From Raillietiella orientalis (lineage: Eukaryota), in contig JAYWIR010000002.1 in assembly GCA_036172245.1 (NCBI GenBank), positions 3,968,001-4,032,000 on the forward strand: DNA of 64,000 bases, read 5' to 3'. A program made the translations under genes and the position numbers. The notes below the pieces were generated by a model, which saw nothing but the letters and a program-made list of their open reading frames with translations, did not search any database and was not told the origin of the DNA. This document shows positions 51,263 to 61,225 of this stretch, one piece after another. Numbering within the stretch: the first letter of the stretch is position 1; each line of letters opens with the position of its first letter.

Positions 51263-53118
51263 AAGAGTTGCATGGAGTCACTAAAACATAAACGCCACAT
51301 TCTGAAACAGGTGGTGCCCGTTGTGACTCCAGTATTAGGACGGATTTTATGTTTGCTTAATAGCAAGTTTAAAATTTGCGGATACTTTTCGATAGCTTGA
51401 ATCCACTCCAGATCTATTTCAGGAATCTGACAAGTACAAGATTCGCTTCCACACAAAAATCACTTAAACGACGGTACGCCTAGAAACCACGCAGATCCGA
51501 GTATCACAAGGAGAAATTTGCTTTTCTCACATGTACATCGATTTGCGTTTGTAATCAATAAAAAGTTTACAATTCACATTTATTTTGACTATGAGTAAAC
51601 GAACGAATTGCAAAAGTATGCAAGATGTCTGGCACGCTCAACACCTTGAAGAATGCAGTGGTGGCTTAGTAAGCTATATTGTGATCAATAACTACCTCAT
51701 CGGTGTACAAGTACTCATGAAACTACGTCCAAGCCGGCAACAACCCTAGGAATGATAGTGCCAATATTCGGAACTGTTTCTTGTGTTAACAGAAAACAAA
51801 AATTTACACCACAATAATGGAACTGTTGTTTCGAAATTTTTTTGACTCAGAACAACTTGAATCAAAAATTCCCCTGAAGGACACTTCAAAACAATCCATT
51901 TTCTTACTACTCATTAAATGTCCAGTTGACATCAAATCATGTTGAGGCATGAAGGTGCTAAAATTCACATGTAAAGGGATTTACACTGCTGTTTAAGCAT
52001 CATGCCTGGATTCATCAGAACTCAAAGCATGTTTATGTTCACAAGGTCTTTTGCAAGATGATTTCACGATTACACATCATCTAATCAGGTGTTCAGTAAA
52101 ACTATACATAGAACAGTGTTTTAATATTTGCTTGTCTGTGATCCTTTTCACAGTATAAAGACAAAACTCCCGCAGTAAAGTGTTAACACATAAACATGGC
52201 ACTAATTTACCTACTTAATATTTCCATAATATGATACTTCCAGCATACCATGAATGCCTTACATTGATTCCTTCATGCATTTCTCATACCTTTCTTTAGT
52301 AGGTATTATGTCAATCATTATGCATACAGTGTGAAAACTAGAATAGTTTCGTCGATCAGAATATGCAGATATGCTTCTCTGCAACATATTCCTGCAAGTT
52401 ACAATTTTTCTCAAAGGCAAAAAAAAATTACTCCTGATATCCTTGAAAATGTCGGTATTAAGTAATAGTATCTGAGGGAAAGAATGATGTTTCGACTGCA
52501 TCTTTCCAGAAGGAACAGCACGATTGGTTTAGTTCAGATGCTTACACATGCCTGAAGGAAAAGATTTCACGAGGCAACCGATTTTCAGGATTTCTGATGT
52601 TTGCAAATGAGTGAACCAACGTGATACCATTCAAAACTGAGTTGCTATCCTGTTGTCTAAATTTCTCTAGAGTTCATCAAAATTTTACAAAATGAGCAAA
52701 CTAGAAACCTTCAATTGGCAGCTTTTGGCTCTAGAAACTTAGTTAATCGTTTCCAGAGTCACAAATCTCAAAGTTCCTGGAGAACATCGAAAAGGTGGAG
52801 ATTCCTCTTCTCTTTGTTTAAGGGCTCAAAATACACAGACGATGATACTGAAAATTCGGCAACTAAACAGAAATCTCAGTACCAGTCCTACTCTTCGAAG
52901 GAACATGTGGAAACCTACAAGTGCTCCTTGAACACTGCACAAATGAGTTCACACAATTTGCATTAACTTTTTACAATTTCAATCCCCAATAAGATGGCTA
53001 TCTTCTTCGAAGGCTCCCTAATTAGCAGTCGTCCTTCCGCATAAGAAAACTCCAATTGAGGTGACTTTCAGTCCACATTGATGACTTGGAAGTTGCCATC
53101 CCTGAGGGAAAAAGTATC

Positions 53119-56100
53119 CATGGAAAGGAAAAGACGCAACTTTCTCTTTCCAATGGTTTTTCATGGTTTGGCTGCTCCCGTGGGAAAGAGATGGGTCGGG
53201 TTCACGACGGCGTCGCATACGACGCGAACCCGGCAAAAAACATTCAACAAGGCGCGGTTCGCCGACACGCAAAGCACGAAAGCGGCTTCTTTCTTTCTCG
53301 GGGAGCGAGACGTTCACCTTCGCGAGGTAGAGAAAAAGCTGCCGCCGACCGGACGGCAATTCAGGGGCCAAGTAATCGCAAAAGCTCGGGACTCTGCTTG
53401 CGGATGGGGAACGGGAGCTGTTTTTCGGTCGCGTGCGTGCTCGGGAGAAAGAGGGAGGGTGGGAGAGGAAGAAGGTGCAAGTGGCCGACAGGCTTGGAGC
53501 GCGCGAAGGCCAATTCGTGCGGGTGGCCCTTCGCGGCGGAGAGCGCAACGGTGAAAAAGGACGAGCTGGCAATCCTGCTTGCGCCCGGGCTGTTTGATTT
53601 GAACGGCGTTCGTTCGTTTGCAGACGGTCGTTCGAGTGGACTTTGTGGTTCGGTGGTAGCAGCGGCAGGCGCTTGATCGTAAGCGGGGTGGCTGGGAGGG
53701 GGGGTGTCCGGTTGCGTGATCGGGGTGTTTCCGGGACGCGGAACAGGAATTCGGATTGTGCGTGAGGGGGAAGAGTGTGTGGTCGGGCTGGAGAGGCGAG
53801 GCGTGCCCTGAGGGGACGCGGGTTCTTTTCAGGAGAAGTGAACTGGCAGTCGTTTTCCGTGATCCCTGTCGGAGTGGAATGGACGCGTGAAGAATCGCGA
53901 CATGGGTGTGGAGCGCATCCCCGTGAAGGTAGCCGTTCGCATCCGACCTTTCCTCGGCCGCGAAGTGGTCGATGGAAGTCAGAGGTCGTTGGAGAAGGTG
54001 CGCGAGGCGCCGCAGGTGTTGGTGAACTCTTCGCGCGTGTTCGAGTTTGACTACGTGTTCGGTGAAGAAGACGACCAGAAGAGTGTGTATTGCTCTGCAG
54101 TTGCTCCGCTGCTGGAGAAGCTGTTTGAAGGTGAGGTGGGTTGCGCGTGGTCGAGGCTGTCCGTCCGGAGCGCGTGAAAGAAGGGCAACGCGAAGGGAGG
54201 GAGGAAGGAAAGGGGTAGAAAGCGTGCGTGGGGGGGTTGAGTGGACGGAAGAAGAAGAAGAAGAAGCAGTCGGATCGAGTTGGAGGGCTGCTGTTGGTAG
54301 TTTGCTTTCGTTTTTCTATGAGAAGGAGAGGGAATGTGAATTGGGAGAGCGTGGAGTTGGGTGGTCGAGGAGGGGAAGGGAAAGGAGTACGGGGTGTTTG
54401 TTTATCGGTTGTTTCAGGCTTTCACGTGACGTTGTTCGCGTACGGTCAAACGGGCAGTGGGAAAACGCACACGATGGGAACGGAGTACCGTCGGAACTCG
54501 GAGACTTGCGACGAGGATGCCGGCATGATTCCCAGGGCAGTGAAGGACATCTTCGAATGCGCGAAAGCCAACTGTTGGCAGTACTGTGTGAAGATCTCTT
54601 TTGTGGAGGTAGGAAGAAGGTTGGGTGGTTGGTAGGTAGGGAGGAGTGTCGGTGTCTGGGAGCAGCTGTACAACGAGAAGCTGAAAGATTTGTTGGCATC
54701 GGATTGCAAGAAGGAGTGCGAGGTGGAGATTCGCGATGATGAGAAGGGGGAAAAGAAGTTGGTTGGCGTAACGGAAGTGGAGGTGACTTCTTTGGAGGAA
54801 ACGATGCAGTATTTGAAGGAGGTGAGAAGGTGGTTTGCGAGGAAGAGTGGGCTGGAGAGGGATGATGTGCTGGTTAGGGTTCAGCGAACCGAGCAACAGG
54901 TTCTACTGCCATGAACAACGTTTCTAGCCGTAGCCATGCCATTTTTTGCATTACTTTGAAGATCCTTTCTTCTGCGTTGCAGTGAGTAAGGCGATGCTGT
55001 TTAGCTTTCTGAAGGTTCCGTCCCTTGAAGGCATGATGCTACAGTTGCCAAGTTGCAGGTGGTGGATTTGGCAGGGTCAGAGAGAGTGGGTAAGACGAAG
55101 ACGGTCGGAGAACGTTTCAACGAAGGCGTGTTCATCAACAAAAGCCTTCTTGCATTGGGCAACGTGATATCAGCACTAGCAGAAGGCACCAGTACGTTCA
55201 TCTCGTACCGTGATAGCAAGCTGACACGACTGCTGCAGGGTAAGCATATTGGGGCAGTGGAGTGCAGTAGGAGATGGCTTGGTAGATTCTCTGGGTGGGA
55301 ACGCCTTTACTCTGATGATTGCCTGTGTGAGCAGCACAGACACAAACATTGATGAGAGTCTGAATACGCTGAGATATGCCAGTCGAGCTCTGAAGATTTG
55401 CAACCAGCCTGTGATAAATCAGGAAGGCAGTGTAGAGGAAGTAAAGCAGCTTGTGAAGAAGGCAAGTCGGAAGTGGGTTTTTGGGTTAGTGGACACTGCT
55501 TTGTTCCTTCAGAACAGGGAACTTGTGGCTGAGCTGGAACGGTGCCATAAATTGCTGCAGCGTGGTGCTTGTTTAGAACAGGGGAAGGGTGACCAGGCCA
55601 AGAAGGGTGGAGGTTCTTCTGGAGAGGCAGGAGGAGGACAGTTGTTTGGGAATGCTGGCGTGAGTCCATCCACCAAATGCATGGGATGGGAATGGGGAAA
55701 TGGGATTTGCAAATCAGGCAAGGGTGCTTTACGGAAAACTCAGAGATTTGTTTGTGCACATGAAATCTTGTGCCAACCTGCTGCGGTCACAGCATTTGGA
55801 GTGCACTGATTCTCACCCTGCTGCTTCCAGCTTGGTGGAGTGTGCTGCAGAAATGGAGGCAAGCAATGGGGCGCCAAGGTATGGGTGTGTGAGCCTTGAA
55901 GTTTTGCTTTGCAGGCACTGCATCAGGAGTACCTGTGCAACTTTGGCTGTGTGAAATGGGATCAGGATGCTGTTGCAGTGGAGTGTTTGGATGATGATGA
56001 GAAGGAAAACGCAGATGTGATGGTGGATTGTGCACATTCCAATGATGATGATTTGGAGAAAGGCAATGATGTGGAGGAGGAGGATGAGGATGGGAGCATG

Positions 56101-56720
56101 AAGGACTGTGATTACAATGAACCTGGGAATGTTGAGCTGAGTGCTAAACTAGAGGTGAGATGGTAGCAGCATGTTTCAGTTTCCTTCTGCCTGTGTAGAA
56201 CTTGGATCAGGAGCTTGCAATGAAGGAAGATCTTTTCCGAAGTTACGAAGTAGATGCGAAGAACATAGGAGCATGTGATCCTGAGCATGTGCGTGAGTTG
56301 GAGGCCAAGGTGATAGCTCTGGAGACTCAATTGTTTCAAGTGCAGTCTGTAGTGAAGTAAGTTGATTTTTTGTTGTGTCTGTTTGTGTGTGTATGCCTGT
56401 GTAGAAATAGTGGGAGCCGATTGGTGAGAGAGCTGAAGAAGGAAATCAAGAGTTTGCAGGAGGAGATCCGTAAAAAGCAAAAGTTGCAAGTGGAACGTGA
56501 GAAGCTACAGCAGAAGGTGAAGATGTTGCATCAAGAGATTATGGTTAGTGACTATATGGCTGGATGTTGTCTTATGAATTGTGTAGTCTTTGAAGCAGGA
56601 TCGTGTGAAACTAATCCGCAACATTAATGCAGCCAACAACAAGTATCGAATGTTGAATCTGGAAAAAGATAGAGAGATCTTGCATTGGAAGAGATTGCAT
56701 CGCCGTGATGAAGTGCAACT
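53119..56720 (+). repeat. Right arm of the long inverted duplication (partner 21170-24777)
   Basis: Near-identical reverse complement of the left arm; paired ORFs in the track are identical at the 5' end. Confidence 0.95.
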
Positions 56721-57837
56721 TGCGAGAACAGAATTACTTCACAAGAGGCGTGAATTGTATAGCAAAAGAAAATTGGAAATGACAGCATCTGCTAACAAAC
56801 GGCTTCGGAAAGATTTGGAAGTTTTGGTGAAGGGTCCTAATTTGCAGAAGAAGTCGTCGATTTCTCGTTTATATGAGAATATTAATATTCTTCTGAAGTA
56901 TAAGCGTGCACAAGCTGGTTTGAAGGTTAGGTTTGCTCAGCGGTCACAGTTGAAGAGTTTGCTTTTGGGTGAGCATGACAGTATGACTTGTAGTTCCTTG
57001 AAAAAGGAACTGGATAACTGCAATGCCCGAATTTCTGAAGTACAGAGTGTCATGATTCCTATTGATTATGGTAGGGCTTGGCTAGAAAGGGTGTGATTTA
57101 TTCTCTTTGCAGTCAAGGTGTTACAATCAGTGGAAGCTGTGTTTGCTTGCAAGGACTCAAGATCTTTTGCTGTTGAATGCATCATTGATTTCTTGTTTAG
57201 CTATGACCAGAAATTGCTTGAAAAAGATGAAGCAATACGTTCTCTGTGTGTAAGTGAAAAAACGACAGTTTACTTCATGTTGTTAACCACTTTTAGCACA
57301 AGCTAAATATGAGTGTTGTTGAGAAGGATCAGATCACAAATCAAGATGAAGTACTTGAAAATTCTGGTGTAGGTCTAATGGTGGGTATTCTGATTTAGTG
57401 TGTTTTGAACTGAAATTTATTTTTTATCTTATTTTAATGTTTATGTTGTTCATAAACTGTTGATTCAAGTACTCAACATCATCATTGTGCCTAAACTAAT
57501 CCATTTTTTGTGCGTTTTATTATTTATTACGAAATTTGATTGTTTCACGAATTCTGAATGAATGTTATGCATCCATTTCTTCCAGTATGAGACAGTGGGT
57601 GAAGCAGAATCCAGAAACTTGCTGGAGCAAGGGCATTCTTTAGTGCAATTCACTCCACTGTAAGGCAGCTGGTGTTATGTATTTTAATTTGCTCGTTTTG
57701 TGTTTCTTTTCAGTAGTGAAAGATTTAGTACCAGTGATAATGACAGCACTATCATTCTAAATAGTATGGGAATCTGTTTGCCAAAGTACAGTACACCAAC
57801 ACGTGTGCATTTTCCTCATGACTTTCTGAGTACATGA
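53902..57837 (+). CDS. KIF4: Kinesin-4 (KIF4/chromokinesin-like) motor protein, copy B
   Basis: Same motor motifs as copy A; a TTTTCAG acceptor ending at 53832 precedes the ATG; exons can be phased to a TGA ending at 57837 (last exons tentative). Confidence 0.88.
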
Positions 57838-59318
57838 ACTTTTCTGATGGCTGAATTTATTCTCTTTGTATTGAGAATAGGACTGCCTATAGCTTTATTA
57901 AAGTGTATCCCTACATGTTCCGTTTAATAGATTTTGAATATTTGTTAATGATTCTCAACGAAATTTGGTCATCTATTGATGGTGTTTGACTATGCTAAAA
58001 TACATTTAATTGTAACTCAAACTACAATGCATTATTGAGGATTCATGGCTTCAGTTTTAGAGATAATGAAAATCTTTCATAGCTTCTTCAATACAAAATA
58101 CTGCCACACAATGAAATGTATCAGAATTTCTAGGATTTTCAAGTAATTCTAGAGAATTTTGAAATCTCATTGTTAAAAGACCTGATTCTCGAGATTATTC
58201 ATAGCAAGCAGTTTATTTTAATAAAATTGCAGATGGGTATCTGTGTTAGGATGAGAATCTAATCAATATTTATTGCATCCTTGACCATATGTTTGCATCC
58301 TTTAGAAAAGGCAAAATGGGAGAAGCATTATTTTTGAAAGTGGAAGTTAGCATCATAGAAACGAAATTATTTGGATAACTATTGATCACTAAATGGTTTG
58401 CTACAGATTACCGAATCTGGAGAGAAGTTCTCATGACTGTGACTTTTTTTCATTTTTAGGATTTTAAGATACTGTAGTGCCTAAAGGTGTAGCAGAGACA
58501 CCAACAGTGTCATCACTTCATTTCTGTGATCAGAGTTCTTCATTTTATTGGAGGTAAGAGAGGAGGACCTGCCTTAAGTAAACTGTTGATTGGGAATAAT
58601 CGAAAACTTCAAAATGAGAGAATCATCATCTGCACATTCAAAGAAAGTCTGCAATCAAAGTTTAGTTTTTTTCTTTTGATTCTCACTACAGTTGATATTA
58701 TTATTCATAAAATCTGTTAAAAAGATCATGATATTGTGTTGATATTCATGTGTTGTGTGCTCCCTGAATTGACTTCATGGATAAAACTTTGATTCAAAAA
58801 GTGCCTCGTTCATCACAAACCTGTGCTTAGAGTATGATGTGAACTGCATTAATAAAATTCAGTTGAAGAACAAAAGACTGTAAAAAGAAAGAAATTTGGC
58901 ATTATGATAGCCTTTAAATTAATGATGGTAATTTCACATATGATAAGGAAACAAAAATTTACTGATATTCCCTGTTAAATTGAGGATTCCTGTGAGCATA
59001 CAAATTTTTGGTTTGAAAAAATTACTTTGATGGTTTCCTCCTTTCGAACATAAGCAAGAGGATTATAACACTTCTATATAAGACTGAATTTTGCATATCT
59101 GTGGCAAATTGCTACTCTCACTGAAGCAACTATACAAACTTTGGTTCATTTGACTTTCAACTGAAGGTACCAACATGACAGCTTTCCCAGGTTTACAAAT
59201 TCTGAATCCAAATGCTATGCAAAACAAGCTTTAATAGATGCACTTTGCATAAAACCAACATTTATTTTGTCAATTGACTAATTTCAACAACATAGCCAAT
59301 AAACTGATAAACTTTATT

Positions 59319-60755
59319 TCATTTGGACTTGAGAATTACTTTTTGTGTATCTATTTGAAACAGTCGACTTTGTGACAGTTGTTTGCGCAACAGTTGTTGC
59401 AATTTGTACCCTCCCATATTTTGCAGTCCTTTTTTCCTAAAGGCTTTACTGACTCTCTTGCATATGATCTTCCAACTAAGTTCATTCAAAGGTGCTACAT
59501 CCAAAATGCCTTTTACAAAACTTTCAACCTCAACATCGGAGAGTCCACTTTTTTCTAGACTACTCTGAACATCCATCTTTTGTTCATCTTCTGCTGAGTC
59601 TCTCTTTTGTGAAACTTCAACTTTATCAGAAATTTTGACTGCAGCTAACCCACTGCTAGCTTGAGTTTTCTTTCTTCGTTTCTTCTTCAATTGAACATTG
59701 GTAACATCATCTTCAGGTTCGTCTGCATCTAGTTTCATTTTTTTGTCTTTAGGCACAAGAATACTTTTGGCATTGGAATCTGGCAAACTTCTCAAATGAC
59801 TCTTGGTAATGTTCAAGTCATCTGACTGGTCCATTCCTATATTTTCTGGATCAGTTGCTTCCTGGACTTTTCGTTTTCTATTCCGTTTCTTCTTAGATTT
59901 CGACACTGATTGCAGGTTACTTTCTGCATTATTATTCTGTAGTTGTATTTCATCTTCCTTTTCAGATTCTTTTTTAAACACAGAAGGTTTCTGATTCACT
60001 GGTAATCCATTCTGTTTAGGTTCCTTGGTTGTACTAATCTCTGAATCAATGGGTTTGGTGCCTTTCGGTTTTTTACTTTTCAATTTCCCTTTCTGTTTGG
60101 GTGTAGGATCTTGACTCAAAGATACATCTAACCCACTGTCCATGCTCACATCTAACTGTTTGTTGTTCTCCTTTATAGATTCATCCTTTGAAGTCTCAGC
60201 AGGTTTTCTTTCTTTTTTCTCCTCAGAGGCAGCAGCCGATGGTGTTATGGCAGATTTAAACAAATTCCATGCCTCTTGAATGCACTGCTGACTTATTCCT
60301 TTTATGGAATTTTTTATAAAATTCTGAAAATCTCTGTAATCTACATTCCAGCCATCTCACCATGAATTTTTTTTCTTTTCTGGGAATGTTATTGAACCTT
60401 AGAAGCTTTTCTAAAGTCTCCTTTAGTTCACCATCAGGTTGCTTCTTCACAGTATCTCTTATCTGCTGCATCCACAGTTGTTGTTTGATTTCTCCCTTGT
60501 TTGCAGATGGTGATGCTTGAAACTTCTTACCAGAGTACTTCTGGTCCTCAGAAATGCATGCAACATGTTGACGAAATTCATCTCCACTGAAAGCATGTTG
60601 TAAAAATTTGATGCAAGCATGCTTCAACATTACCTGAAGTCTTTGTTACAATCCATGCATGACAGTACCTGGGATGACTTACATTGTCTACGGTGCTTAT
60701 CAACCTGGTTTTTTTTACAACTATCTCCACATCCGGAACAAGTAAAGACAACCAT
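59319..60755 (-). CDS. LYAR: Cell growth-regulating nucleolar protein LYAR, 3 exons
   Basis: MVVFTCSGCGDSCKKNQVDKH...C.....LSCMDCNKDF-SGDEFRQHVACISEDQKYSG (C2HC zinc fingers), KGEIKQQLW, NIPRKEKKFM-NFIKNS, Lys-rich tail. Confidence 0.95.
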
Positions 60756-61208
60756 ATTTTCAAATTAAAACCTTGGAATAAAAATACTGATTATTGCTAT
60801 TTGTAAACACTTTGTTTCCCACTGTTTGAGTGAGTGTCATTTACTGAGTTCCCCAGTGAATTGCTATGCTATCTCAAATAATGCATGCCTGAAATATCAA
60901 ACATCCCATAGTTTTCATACCTCCCCTCAGAAACGCATTGCACGCAAAACTACCCTAAGTTCCTGCCACTAGAATGCACTTTAAATCCATTCTGCTAACA
61001 TTTCTGTTTATAATTACATCCATATCTGCTTGCGATGCTCTAGACCCGGTCCAAGTATACTTGTTCAGGTACTGAGCACATATCCGAAATCCGCTTTTTT
61101 GTATTTAACCAAGCAACGGCTCACAAATTTTCCATTGCGCGAAAGTTCCAGTCCGTATAAAATTCATGCACAAAAAATTAAAAACTGCACATACTATCCA
61201 GTGCGGCA

Positions 61209-61225
61209 CTCGTGTTCGTCACGTG
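61209..61225 (-). promoter_or_regulatory. ChoRE-like tandem E-box (CACGTG-N5-CACGAG) ~450 nt upstream of LYAR
   Basis: Plus strand CTCGTG TTCGT CACGTG; two E-boxes spaced by 5 nt is the Mondo/ChREBP:Mlx site architecture. Confidence 0.4.

Noticed and set aside
53119-56720. Kinesin duplication as a pure assembly artefact
   Set aside because: The copies have graded substitutions, different tails with shared intron positions, and unique flanks.
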